The position numbers and the translations under genes were made by a program. Source: an uncultured virus (IMG/VR IMGVR_UViG_3300037313_001079) (lineage: Duplodnaviria; Heunggongvirae; Uroviricota; Caudoviricetes). From it: 64,000 nucleotides of DNA. The DNA lies in IMG/VR virus record IMGVR_UViG_3300037313_001079. One strand, 5' to 3'. Numbering within the stretch: the first letter of the stretch is position 1; each line of letters begins with the position of its first letter. The notes under the pieces were generated by a model. That model made no database searches. It was not told the origin of the DNA and was given only the letters and a program-made list of their open reading frames with translations. Of this stretch, positions 17,185 to 26,741 are shown in pieces.

Positions 17185-18831
17185 CTACCTCCGTACGCCA
17201 TAGGTCGCTTCGGGCATGCACGCGATGTACTGGTTCCGCAGGTCCGTCGCCGCGTCCCCCGACGGCGTGGCCGCCCGCAGCCGGATGTCGTCCCCGTACA
17301 GCAGCACTCCAGCGCCCGGAGTGCCGTTCATCGTGAACAGGACCCCGGCGAAGGCGGCGCTGGCGGGCGCCGAGAAGTTGGCGTCCATGAAGAACCAGGC
17401 ACCGGAGGCCGGGGTGACCGAGTTCGCCGAGGTGGTCAGGTAGGTCTGCGTGGAGTCGTACCAGTTGATGTTGACCCCGACACCGGACGGGATGCCGGCG
17501 GGCGCGTACAGCCATCCGGATGCGCGGTAGCTCTGGCCTGGGGTCACCGCGACCTTTGTGGCCTCGGCGCGGGGCGATGTGCCTGCGGTCGAGGTGATCA
17601 GCCCGGACCATGACCCGTACTTCGCTTGGGCGTTGGAGCGAGTGAGGGTGGCGTTGGTGGTGGCCCAGCCGGACGTGTCGGTCTCGAACGTCGGGTTGGC
17701 GTTCATGACCGTCTGGGAGGCGACGGCGCCGATCCAGAAGTCCAGGGCTGTGGTGGCGGTCTTGGTGATGCCGCCGTTGGTGTGGGCGGTGAAGGAGCGT
17801 GCCGAGCCGACCGCGAAAGCGTTGCCGTCGGAGTCGTCGGCGGTGGCGGTGACGTACCCGGACGCCGCGAAGCTGGTGTTGGTCTCCAGGGTGCTGCGGT
17901 ACACGGCGAGCGTGGCGGCGGTGCCCACCTGGAGGTAGCCCTCGATGAAGCGGGAGCCGCGGCGCAGGGTGAGGTCGAGGGTGGCGCGGCCCGGGGTGAG
18001 GCTCTTGACCAGGCGGACGATCACCATCTCGGGGTCGTTGCGGAGCAGTGTGGCCCCGTCCCATGAGGTGATCGACGCGGCGGATCCGGCCACGCTGACG
18101 TTCCACAGCTTCGACCGGTAGCCGCCGCCGGAGTACGCCTGCACGTCCAGCGTGGACGAGGCGCCGGCGGTGACGTTGAGGAGGCCGTTCGACAGCGTCC
18201 AGCCGGCTGCGGAGAGTGGCACGTCGACGCCGTACACGTCCTGCCCGCCTGTCGTGGTCACGCGGGCCCGGCCGGACAGGTAGTTGCTCGGGTCGCAGCC
18301 CCAGCGGGGGGAGATGTTGGCGGGGACGCTGCGGTAGACGGTGATGGTGCCGTCCGCGCCGGTGCGGGTCATGGTTGTGGCGTTGGTGGTGCCGGTGTAG
18401 TAGCCGTAGTGGCCGATCGGCGGGGCGTGCCAGCGCTCCCCGGCGAGGCTGAAGTCGTTGAGGCGGACCGCGCCGGTCAGCCTCGACTGCAGGTCGGTTT
18501 CGGAGTTGGAGCCGACCCGTTCCAGGGTGACCTTCCAGTCGGCGGTGACCATCTCGGTGCGGTACTCGGTGTACGTGCTGCTGCACGCCTTGACCGTGTA
18601 GTAGCCGTTGCGTTCCGGCTTGTCCGTGAACGTGGCCGGGATGAGCTGGCCGGGGATCAGTGCGTTGATGCCGTCGTGCCGGGCCACCACCTGGGCGCGG
18701 GTGAGCGGCGGGAAGCTTTCCTGCCCGTCGATGTCGAGGGTGCGGTCGTCGCCGCCTGCCTCGGTGGCGTCGAACGTCTCCCGCAGGGGGATCCGGCCGA
18801 GCTGGATGTCCCCCCATCCGTACAGGGCCAT
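17185..18831 (-). CDS. Distal tail-like protein with inserted carbohydrate-binding module
   Basis: ATG at 18831; first tail gene after tape measure; 'NANPTFETDTSGW...YGDDIRL' CBM4/9-like segment. Confidence 0.72.
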   Translation of the reverse strand: MALYGWGDIQLGRIPLRETFDATEAGGDDRTLDIDGQESFPPLTRAQVVARHDGINALIPGQLIPATFTDKPERNGYYTVKACSSTYTEYRTEMVTADWKVTLERVGSNSETDLQSRLTGAVRLNDFSLAGERWHAPPIGHYGYYTGTTNATTMTRTGADGTITVYRSVPANISPRWGCDPSNYLSGRARVTTTGGQDVYGVDVPLSAAGWTLSNGLLNVTAGASSTLDVQAYSGGGYRSKLWNVSVAGSAASITSWDGATLLRNDPEMVIVRLVKSLTPGRATLDLTLRRGSRFIEGYLQVGTAATLAVYRSTLETNTSFAASGYVTATADDSDGNAFAVGSARSFTAHTNGGITKTATTALDFWIGAVASQTVMNANPTFETDTSGWATTNATLTRSNAQAKYGSWSGLITSTAGTSPRAEATKVAVTPGQSYRASGWLYAPAGIPSGVGVNINWYDSTQTYLTTSANSVTPASGAWFFMDANFSAPASAAFAGVLFTMNGTPGAGVLLYGDDIRLRAATPSGDAATDLRNQYIACMPEATYGVRR

Positions 18832-18853
18832 CAGGAGGCCACCCCCTCGATAA

Positions 18854-18903
18854 TGCAAACAGGCTTTACGTTGGGCGCGGCGCTGATGTAAAGTGGATTT
18901 ACG
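18854..18903. promoter_or_regulatory. Paired operator-like sites TGYAAA-N5-TTTACG
   Basis: TGCAAACAGGCTTTACG (18854-18870) and TGTAAAGTGGATTTACG (18887-18903) in AT-rich divergent gap. Confidence 0.55.
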
Positions 18904-18923
18904 CCATCGAGAGAGGGTTCACC

Positions 18924-19379
18924 GTGAAGACCTACGACAGCGTCATCGACCTGCTGAACCACGAAGGCCCCGGCCTCGCGGACTACATCCCGGCCGAGCA
19001 GCTCGACCAGCTCATCGACGGCACCCTCGCCCCCGCCGCCGTCGCCGACGAGTACCTCGCCGACCTCGCCGACAGCACGCTCGTCGCAGTCTCCACCGAC
19101 GAGGCGACCACCCGCGCAGACCTCCTCACCTGGATCCGCTGGGAGATCGAGGCCAACGTCGAGCACCGGAAGGAGGAGGCCCGCGAGGCGCAGCAGCAGG
19201 TGAAGCTCGACACGATCCGGAAGCTGACCAACCTGGAGGAGCGACTGGCTGGCTTCATTCACTTCCGGAAGATCGAAATTGCCCGCGAGGCCCTGGAGCT
19301 GAAGGTCCCGAAGGCCGCCATCGCTGACGCGGCAGGGATCTCCCGGCCCACCCTCGACAAGTGGCTCAACCGCGACTGA
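18924..19379 (+). CDS. Moron-encoded protein with C-terminal HTH
   Basis: 151 aa; PKAAIADAAGISRPTLDKWL; antisense to tail operon. Confidence 0.8.
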   Translation: MKTYDSVIDLLNHEGPGLADYIPAEQLDQLIDGTLAPAAVADEYLADLADSTLVAVSTDEATTRADLLTWIRWEIEANVEHRKEEAREAQQQVKLDTIRKLTNLEERLAGFIHFRKIEIAREALELKVPKAAIADAAGISRPTLDKWLNRD

Positions 19380-19381
19380 CC

Positions 19382-22300
19382 TCACCTGGCACGCTCCCTA
19401 TCGAACCGACGGAGTGCTTCCTTCATGTCCTTCACGAGCGCGTTCGCGGCGGCGCGGCGGGCGTTCGGGCTGGAGAAGTCGAACGTGCCGGACACGGTGA
19501 TGTTCTCGATGGTGATGCTCCCGGCGGTGTGGTTGCCGTTGACGAGCCGCTCGAACATCGCGGTCTGCTGCGCGTCGAGCACTCGCTCAGGGCGGCCCGT
19601 GCGGTTGACGGCCATCGTCGCGCCGGGCTGGAGCAGGCCACCGGAGTCGTACTTCGTGGCCGGCGCGAAGCCCCACCGCGAGGTGAACATGGGGTCACTG
19701 GCCCCGCGGGCCGTCTTGCCGTAGTGGACGCCCAAGCCGCCGCTCGACTCCACGTTCACCCCCGCCAGGGTTCCGGCCGTGTGGCCGACACCGGCATTGG
19801 TGATCCCGATTTCGAAAGGCGACTTCAGGTTCCGCACCCAGCCGGACGGCCCTGTGTTTCCGTAGAAAGAGCCGGTCGCCCAGCGGCGGTGCGGGCGCTC
19901 ACCGCGGATCACGGACTCAATCGCGCTCATGAATCCCGAGCAGTCCCAGGAGGGGTTGCCGTTACCGGCCCACTGGTACGGCTTCCCGCCTTGCGACTTG
20001 GCCCACGACAGGGCGCGCTGCACAGCCGGGCCGCCCTTGGCTTTCTTGTCCTCGTTGCCGAACCAGCCAAGCATCCCGTCAACGGCCTTGTTCGCCAGGC
20101 CCCGCATCAGGCTGCCGACACCACTGCCGGGGATCTGGTTGATGAGCGGCCGCACGAGCGCGTTGAGTGCCTTCTGCGCCGCCGCCTTGAGTCCGCCGAC
20201 AACGACGTCCTTCACCCAGTCGTAGGCGCCGCTGATGGCCCCGCCGATGCCGGAGGTGACGCTGCCGACGATGCCACCCAGCCCGAAGTGCTGCGCGCCG
20301 GCCTGCTCCCGCTTGCGTTCCTGTTGCCGGGTCGGGTTGCCGCCGGTTTTGGTGGGGTGGTCCTGGCCGAGCATGGCGTCGATGCCGCGATGCCCGCCCA
20401 ACTGGGCCACCTGCTGCTTGGACAGGATCCGCTCGCCGGGGGTGAGCATGGCGGGGACGGTGTCCGAGTTGCCGGAGCCGGGGACGACGCCGCCCTTGTT
20501 GAAGCCGAGGGGGATTGAGGGCAGGGTGATTTTGCTGGAGATCTTACCGGCGATGGAATTCCACATTTTGCGAATTCCATTGTTATACACCGTGTTTACC
20601 ACGAATCGGACGGGGCTGGCGATCTTCGATTTGACGCCGTCCCAGATCGTGCCGAGCCCGTTCTTCAGGCTCGTGAAGGCCGTCTTCATGCCCGACGAGA
20701 AGCTGCTGATCTTCTGGCCGATCGTCGTGAAGATCCCGGTCACCGTCGACTTCGCGCCGTTCCACAGCGACGACCACGTGTTGGAGATCGACGTCTTCAG
20801 CCCGGACACGCTGTTCTTCAGGCTCGTCCACGCCCCGGACACGGCGTTCTTCAGTCCGGTCCAGAAGCCGTCCCACTTGCTGCGGACGGACGTCCACAGG
20901 TCGTTCCAGATCTGGACGACGTTCTTCTTCAGCGTGGAGAAGATCTGCTTCGTCTGCGTCCACAGCGAGGTGAACCACGAGACGATCGCGTTCACCAGGT
21001 CGGGGACGATGCTGTGCCCGACGAGGGTGTCGTACAGCCACTGGAACCAGCCGACGATCGTCTTCACACCGTCGGTCATGGCCTGCACGAACGTGGTGAT
21101 CCACCCGATGACCGTGGTGATGACCGGCACCAGGATGCCGATCGCCCCGGACAGCACGCCGGTGAACAGGTCCGCCAGTTGGATGATCAGCGGCAGCAGT
21201 GGAGTGATCACCTGCAAGGCGAGGCCCAGCAGCGCCACCGCCAGCTGACTGAGCGGCGGAATCAGCGGCAGAATCGCCTGCATCAGCGGCGGGAACAGCG
21301 GCGCCAGCTGAGCAAGGAACCCACCGAACATCTGCACGATCGGGACGAGCGCAGACACCACCGGCAGCAGAGCCTGCGCCAGCGCCGCGACCAGCGGGAC
21401 CAGCGCGGCCCCGACTGACTGAAGCAACGGCGCAACCGCGGTGATGATCGCCGCGATCAGGTCACCCAGCGGCTTGAGCAGGGGCAGCACCGCATCGACC
21501 AGGCCGACGATGACGCCACCCACGTCCTCCACGATCGGCAGCAGCGCCTGAACGATCGGCATCAGCGCCTGCCCGAGCGCGGTGGCCAGTTCGGCGAGCA
21601 TCGGCCCGAACTGGGTGGCCAGGTCGGTGATGACGGGGGCGATCGCGGCGAGCAGCGGCAGTGCCGCCTGGATCACCGCGCCGAGCGTGCCGGCCACCAG
21701 CTTGGCGATCGAGTTGATCGCGCCGAAGATCGTGGCGAGGGCCTGCTGCACCTCTGGCATAGAGGTGATGCGGCGCAGCTCCTGAAACACTGCGCCGAGC
21801 GATCCGAGCGCGTCCCCGCCGCCCTGCGCTGCCGCCTTGAAGATGTTGCCGACCGTGGCGAGCGCGTCACCCAGCAGCTTGCCGAACTGCTTGGCGATCG
21901 TGACACCGTTGTTGATCGCGGTTTCCAACGCCCCGGATTTGAACGCCCCACTGAGCTTCTTCGAGATCCGGTCCGCGGCGTTCGCGGCCGCCGTCGTCAG
22001 CTGCTTGAACGCGGGTGCCGCAGCGATCGAGATCTGCGTGAGCGCCGTGATGATCTGTCCGGGGATGCGGGTCAGCTGGCTGGTCGCGCTGTTGATCCCG
22101 TCGAACATGGTCTTGAGCTGGCCCGTCTTCGCCAGCTCGATGACCGCGTTCGCGGCGTTCTTCGCCGTGGCGTTGAGGTTGTCGGCCATGCCGCCCAGCC
22201 CGTCCCGCAGCGGCGGGATGACCGCGGTGGACAGCTCGGTGAACTTCTGTCCGAGCCCGGCGAACAACTGGTTCTGCACGTCCAGCTTCAGCCCGCGCCA

Positions 22301-24040
22301 CGCCTCGCGCTGGGCAAGGACCGCGTTCACGAAGGCCTGCGCGTTCGGGGCGAGCTTGGCCATCGCCGTGCCCAGCTTGTCCGTCTGCGCCGCGCCGGCC
22401 TTCTGCGCCTCCGCGAGGGCCTCAGCTGCCTCCTTCGCGGACTCCTGGGCGTCCGCGATCTGCCTCGCGCCGTCCTTCGCGGCCTGGGCTGCTGCGGCCT
22501 GGGCGTCGGCGACGTCCCGCTGCGCCTTCGCGATCCGCTGCGCCCCGTCCTCCTGGGCGCGGGCGGCCTCAATCTGGGCGTCCTTCAGGGCCTGCGTCTT
22601 GTCGGCGATCTGCTGCTGGGCGTCGGCCTCTTTCTGCTTGGCGTCCTTGACCTTCTGCGAGCCCTCCACCCCGGCGGCGTTCGCGGCGTCGGTCTGCTCC
22701 TGCAGCCGCTGCGTTTCGGTCTGCTGCTCGTTGAGGGCTTGGAGGGCCTGGTCGTACTGCAACTGCGCCTTGGCGAGTTCCTCGGCGGACGCGGCGGCGC
22801 CCTTCGCCTTGACCGCGTTCAGGTTGGCCTCGGCGTCCTGCAGGTCCAAGACCTTCTGCCGCTGGTCGAGCTGGGCGTCGGCAAGCCGGTTGTTCAGGTC
22901 TTCGAGATCTTCCTTGGCTTCCTTGCGGGCAGCGTTGAGGTCTTCCTGCGCCTGCCGGGCGGCGCGCTGCGCGTCGGCGAGGTCCCGCTCGGCCGACGCC
23001 ACCGATTCAACGGCCCGCCGGTTGGCGTCCGCGACGTCCTGCACAGTGTTCTTCAGGTTCTGCTGCGCGTCGGCAATGTCCCGCGCCGCCTTCACCCGGG
23101 CCTGCGCCGCATTGACCTCGGCGTCCTTGACGGCCTGCTGCGCTTTCGCGAGGGAGCGTTGCGCGGACTCCACGCGGCGGGTGGCGTTCTCGGCGGTGGC
23201 GGCGGACTTCGCGGCCGGCGCGAACGCGGCCTTGAACGCATCCCCGATCCCCGACGTGCCGATCTTGATCGTGGCGAGCGCAGTACCGAGCGACAGGATC
23301 GCTGGCGCGGCCACCGCAGCAGCCGGCCCCATCTGGATCAGCGCCTGTCCCAGCGATGCGAGAGTCGGCGCGGCGCCGACCGCCAAGACCTTCAGGTTGG
23401 TCAGCGCGGAGAACAAGCTCCTGATCCCGCCCGAGCTGCTCCCACCGCTGCTGCCGAGGGAGGACAGCACACCCAGCACCGAACGGTCGACGTCAACCCT
23501 CAGGTTCAGGCGCCGGTCGCGGGCGAGGTCGTCGATGCGGGCCCGGGCGGCGGCATCATCAGCGTTCGCGTTGATCGTGACAGTGCGGGCGCGGGTCAGG
23601 TTGGCGAGGTCCGCGGCAGCCACGCGGGTGTCCATGTCGGCCAGCAGGTGGACCATGCGGTCCCGGGCGAGCTGGTCGAGGCGGGCGATGGCCTCGGCGT
23701 CGTCCACCTCGACGAAGAGACGGACCGTGCGGTCGCTGGCGAGGGCGTCGAGCTGAGTGCGGGTGCCCTCATCGAGGTTGGCGTTGATGGCGACGGTGCG
23801 GCGGCGGGTGAGGAGGGCGAGGTCGTCGGCAGCGGTGCGGGTGTCGGCGTCCGCGAAGATCTTGACGGTGCGGTCTTTGAGGAGCTTGTCGAGCTTGGCG
23901 ACGGCGTCCTTGTCGTCGAGGTCGACGCCGACCTTGACCTTGTTCTTCTTGTTCTTCAGCCGGTCCATCGCGGTGTCGTATGCGGACTCGTCGGCCGTGA
24001 CCTCGACGTAGCCCTCGGCGATGCGGAATGCGCCGGCCAT
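19382..24040 (-). CDS. Tape measure protein with C-terminal NlpC/P60 peptidoglycan endopeptidase domain
   Basis: 1552 aa; long Ala/Gln coiled coil, hydrophobic repeats, W-spaced repeats; PYQWAG...DCSGF...GHT. Confidence 0.93.
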   Translation of the reverse strand: MAGAFRIAEGYVEVTADESAYDTAMDRLKNKKNKVKVGVDLDDKDAVAKLDKLLKDRTVKIFADADTRTAADDLALLTRRRTVAINANLDEGTRTQLDALASDRTVRLFVEVDDAEAIARLDQLARDRMVHLLADMDTRVAAADLANLTRARTVTINANADDAAARARIDDLARDRRLNLRVDVDRSVLGVLSSLGSSGGSSSGGIRSLFSALTNLKVLAVGAAPTLASLGQALIQMGPAAAVAAPAILSLGTALATIKIGTSGIGDAFKAAFAPAAKSAATAENATRRVESAQRSLAKAQQAVKDAEVNAAQARVKAARDIADAQQNLKNTVQDVADANRRAVESVASAERDLADAQRAARQAQEDLNAARKEAKEDLEDLNNRLADAQLDQRQKVLDLQDAEANLNAVKAKGAAASAEELAKAQLQYDQALQALNEQQTETQRLQEQTDAANAAGVEGSQKVKDAKQKEADAQQQIADKTQALKDAQIEAARAQEDGAQRIAKAQRDVADAQAAAAQAAKDGARQIADAQESAKEAAEALAEAQKAGAAQTDKLGTAMAKLAPNAQAFVNAVLAQREAWRGLKLDVQNQLFAGLGQKFTELSTAVIPPLRDGLGGMADNLNATAKNAANAVIELAKTGQLKTMFDGINSATSQLTRIPGQIITALTQISIAAAPAFKQLTTAAANAADRISKKLSGAFKSGALETAINNGVTIAKQFGKLLGDALATVGNIFKAAAQGGGDALGSLGAVFQELRRITSMPEVQQALATIFGAINSIAKLVAGTLGAVIQAALPLLAAIAPVITDLATQFGPMLAELATALGQALMPIVQALLPIVEDVGGVIVGLVDAVLPLLKPLGDLIAAIITAVAPLLQSVGAALVPLVAALAQALLPVVSALVPIVQMFGGFLAQLAPLFPPLMQAILPLIPPLSQLAVALLGLALQVITPLLPLIIQLADLFTGVLSGAIGILVPVITTVIGWITTFVQAMTDGVKTIVGWFQWLYDTLVGHSIVPDLVNAIVSWFTSLWTQTKQIFSTLKKNVVQIWNDLWTSVRSKWDGFWTGLKNAVSGAWTSLKNSVSGLKTSISNTWSSLWNGAKSTVTGIFTTIGQKISSFSSGMKTAFTSLKNGLGTIWDGVKSKIASPVRFVVNTVYNNGIRKMWNSIAGKISSKITLPSIPLGFNKGGVVPGSGNSDTVPAMLTPGERILSKQQVAQLGGHRGIDAMLGQDHPTKTGGNPTRQQERKREQAGAQHFGLGGIVGSVTSGIGGAISGAYDWVKDVVVGGLKAAAQKALNALVRPLINQIPGSGVGSLMRGLANKAVDGMLGWFGNEDKKAKGGPAVQRALSWAKSQGGKPYQWAGNGNPSWDCSGFMSAIESVIRGERPHRRWATGSFYGNTGPSGWVRNLKSPFEIGITNAGVGHTAGTLAGVNVESSGGLGVHYGKTARGASDPMFTSRWGFAPATKYDSGGLLQPGATMAVNRTGRPERVLDAQQTAMFERLVNGNHTAGSITIENITVSGTFDFSSPNARRAAANALVKDMKEALRRFDRERAR

Positions 24041-24388
24041 CTACCCTCCCTGTGCCACGCTCACGAGCCCCGGGAACTGCGCCCGGAACTGGGTCAGCGA
24101 GACTTCGGTGGTCTCGCCGTTGCCCTGCCTGGTCGGCGGGGCGGTGCTCGTGCGGGTTGGGGTGGTGCTCGGTGTCGGGTCGCGCTGCTCGCGTTCCTCT
24201 TCGGCGCGGGCGGCCATCACGCCCTGGTAGGCGGTGAGTCGGTACGCCAGTGCAAAGTAGCGGCGGGCGCTGATCTCTTGCTCAAGGAGGTCAATGCCGT
24301 AGATGGCCAGGAAGTCGGCGTCCAGGTCTTCCTGGTGGTTGAGGACCCACAGCACTTCTTCGATACGGTCACTTACGGCCGGGGCCAA
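24041..24388 (-). CDS. Tail assembly chaperone, frameshift extension (T part)
   Basis: In the -1 frame of the upstream chaperone and open from the GGGAAAA site. Confidence 0.8.
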   Translation of the reverse strand: MAPAVSDRIEEVLWVLNHQEDLDADFLAIYGIDLLEQEISARRYFALAYRLTAYQGVMAARAEEEREQRDPTPSTTPTRTSTAPPTRQGNGETTEVSLTQFRAQFPGLVSVAQGG

Positions 24389-24420
24389 GTCCGGGGCTGA
24401 CAGCCATCGATCGAGGGCGG

Positions 24421-24831
24421 TCAGCGGCGGCGGGCTTTTCCCTCCTTCTCCGACTTGCCGAGGGCGAGATCGACGATGATCTGAGAGATCCGCTCGAATT
24501 GGTCGTCGGTCAGGGCCTTGGACTGCTCCAACGCCATGTAGGCGTCCTCACCGAGGACACGGATCAGGAGCGCCGGCACCGCCAGATCCTTCCCCACCTC
24601 GGCCGCGTGCCGGATGAACTGGAGCGCGACGCCGCGCGGGACAACCTTCGGGATCGTGTACTCGTCGTCGCCGATATAGAAGAGCGGGACACGTTCCTCC
24701 TCGACGTCGTCGTCGGCTGCAATCCGGATCGGCTCGAAGTCCAGCGCGGCGTCTGTGCTGCTGGTGGGCTTGGCCGCCGCCTTGCGGGCTGCGGCGCTCT
24801 GGCGGGTACGGGCGGGGGTGGTGGATGCCAT
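24421..24831 (-). CDS. Tail assembly chaperone (G)
   Basis: Between major tail and tape measure genes; slippery site at 3' end. Confidence 0.85.
   Translation of the reverse strand: MASTTPARTRQSAAARKAAAKPTSSTDAALDFEPIRIAADDDVEEERVPLFYIGDDEYTIPKVVPRGVALQFIRHAAEVGKDLAVPALLIRVLGEDAYMALEQSKALTDDQFERISQIIVDLALGKSEKEGKARRR
24436..24442 (-). other. -1 programmed ribosomal frameshift site G GGA AAA
   Basis: Slippery heptamer four codons before the stop; -1 frame reads KSPPPLTALDRWLSAPDLAPAVSDRIE into the next ORF. Confidence 0.85.
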
Positions 24832-24871
24832 GGGTGGTGCTCCTCGCTACGGACAGGGCTGGGGAGTCGGC

Positions 24872-25432
24872 TCAGCTGGTCTGGTCGACGATGTGGAAGG
24901 GGCTGATGGACGCGCTGACGTAGTGGCCGGCGAACTTCGCGGGGATCAGCGTCTGCTTGTCCTTGGTGTAGGCCAGCTCGCTGCTGTCCGTGTTGAGCAT
25001 GCGGCGGCCGATGACGCGGCGCCGGAACTGCGAGGGCGCGTAGCCGTCCATGATGATCGCGAAGTAGTTCGGCTGCGTGGCCGAGCTCGTGACGTTGGGG
25101 TCGAAGGACTTCCAGCCGGTGCCGGACGCTGCGGTGCCGCCGTTGAGGGTCAGGCTGAGGTTCTCCAGCGTGGCCTCGGCGAGGCTGGTCTCGATGGTGA
25201 AGTCCTGCTTCGTCAGCCTGGAGCCGACACGGAGGGTGATCTGGTCGACTTCCAGCTCGCTGTAGTTCTGGTCGACGCTGAGCTTGACGCCGTCCTGGGT
25301 ACCGCCCAGGTCGGTCCAGGCGGACGCGGCGGGGATGGTGTTGACCTGGGTGTCGGTCGGCTCCAGCGCGCCGAACGCGCCGCTGTACAACGTCGCGGGG
25401 CCCTGGATGAGGTTGGTCGTGGTCACCGACAT
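24872..25432 (-). CDS. Major tail protein
   Basis: 186 aa; WTDLGGTQDGVKL, SLAEATLENL; position. Confidence 0.88.
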   Translation of the reverse strand: MSVTTTNLIQGPATLYSGAFGALEPTDTQVNTIPAASAWTDLGGTQDGVKLSVDQNYSELEVDQITLRVGSRLTKQDFTIETSLAEATLENLSLTLNGGTAASGTGWKSFDPNVTSSATQPNYFAIIMDGYAPSQFRRRVIGRRMLNTDSSELAYTKDKQTLIPAKFAGHYVSASISPFHIVDQTS

Positions 25433-25435
25433 GGG

Positions 25436-25624
25436 TCAGCTCTCCTTGCTTCCGGCCGCGCCGGAGGTCTTCTTCGCGGGGTTGGCCGGGGCCGCGGTCG
25501 CGGGCGGCGCGGACTGGTCGGCGTCGGCTTCGACGAGGAGGCCCTGACGCTGCAGGTCCAGGTGCTCGGCGTCGTCGACCTCGATGGGCTGGTCGGGGCG
25601 CATGGTGGTGCGGACGGTCGGCAT
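25436..25624 (-). CDS. Small hypothetical structural-module protein
   Basis: MPTVRTTMRPDQPIEVDD; 62 aa; coupled. Confidence 0.65.
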   Translation of the reverse strand: MPTVRTTMRPDQPIEVDDAEHLDLQRQGLLVEADADQSAPPATAAPANPAKKTSGAAGSKES

Positions 25625-25854
25625 CAGCGGTAGGCCTCTCTCCGAAGTGGGAACTGGTGGTGGGAGAACTGCGGGTGGAAGCGGAGTTCGATGGTCTGCT
25701 CGGGCGGGATGCTCGGCGGGCACGGCACGATCCGGATCGGGCCGGCGAGGAGGAACTCCAGCTCGGCCCGGTCGTTGTGGACGATGGTCCGGCCGTTCCA
25801 CGACAGGAGCTGCCCGTGCGGGGTGTCCTCCTGGATGGCCCACATGCGGCTCAT
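25624..25854 (-). CDS. Hypothetical protein
   Basis: MSRMWAIQEDTPHG; GGAGG RBS, ATGA coupling. Confidence 0.65.
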   Translation of the reverse strand: MSRMWAIQEDTPHGQLLSWNGRTIVHNDRAELEFLLAGPIRIVPCPPSIPPEQTIELRFHPQFSHHQFPLRREAYR

Positions 25855-26300
25855 GACGCCACCTCCGTCCACGCGATGACCAGGCCGGGGATCGAGTAGC
25901 GGGCGTACGACGACGGGTCGTCCGGGATACGCCGGTGCTCGCCGGTGGTGTACGCGGACAGCACCCGCGCCTGCGGGTAGCCGGCCGGGAGGGTGAGCAC
26001 CTGCGGGATCGCCGGGTGGTCGTAGCAGGCTGCCTGGATCGCCTCCGCCAGGGCGGCGGCCTTGTTCCACGGCGGCTTCTGCGACTGGGGGTTGACCGCC
26101 CAGCAGTCCACGCCGATCGCCGGTTCCCGCAGGGGCACGTAGAGGTTCGGGGTGCCGCCGGCGACGACGAGCGTGCAGAACCCGGACGCGGCCCAGGTGG
26201 TGTTGTCCTTGGGCAGAGTGGTCGCCACGCGGTCACCGACGACGGTCTTCAACCAGGCCGTGGCGACGAGCTCAGGCGTGGGGCGCAGGCGGAGGCTCAT
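25851..26300 (-). CDS. Tail terminator / completion protein
   Basis: 149 aa; position upstream of major tail gene. Confidence 0.65.
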   Translation of the reverse strand: MSLRLRPTPELVATAWLKTVVGDRVATTLPKDNTTWAASGFCTLVVAGGTPNLYVPLREPAIGVDCWAVNPQSQKPPWNKAAALAEAIQAACYDHPAIPQVLTLPAGYPQARVLSAYTTGEHRRIPDDPSSYARYSIPGLVIAWTEVAS

Positions 26301-26668
26301 GCGGTCCTCCGCTGAAACAGAGCGGGCCGCAGGTACGGCATCGGGGGCGTGCCGGGGTGGTTGACCTTCGCGACCGGGTGGTCAGCGTCCGGCCAGTACA
26401 AGGCCTGCTTGTTCCTGGGGAGGATGACGTGCGGCGCGGTGCCCAGCTCAACGTCCGTGGCGTAGTTGCAGTCGAGGCTGCCGACGCGGAGCACCTTGTC
26501 GTGGGTCTCGGCCCGGAGGCTGTCGTGCAGGCGGCCAGTGCGCTTGTGGACGTAGTCCTTGGCGTCGCCGAGGATGGCTTCGCCGATGGTGTCCTGGAGC
26601 CAGTCGTTTATGGCTGCGTCAACGTGCTCGCGCGCTGAAGGGTCGATCCGCAGGCTGGATCGCGCCAT
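26297..26668 (-). CDS. HK97 gp10-like neck/tail completion protein
   Basis: RTGRLHDSL, YATDVELGT, HPGTPPMPYLRPAL. Confidence 0.82.
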   Translation of the reverse strand: MARSSLRIDPSAREHVDAAINDWLQDTIGEAILGDAKDYVHKRTGRLHDSLRAETHDKVLRVGSLDCNYATDVELGTAPHVILPRNKQALYWPDADHPVAKVNHPGTPPMPYLRPALFQRRTA

Positions 26669-26741
26669 GGCCGCCTCCTCTCCGAAGGTGGTCTCGTACT
26701 CGTGGCCGCCCGGTCTCCCCGGGTGTGGTGGCCGTGTGCTG

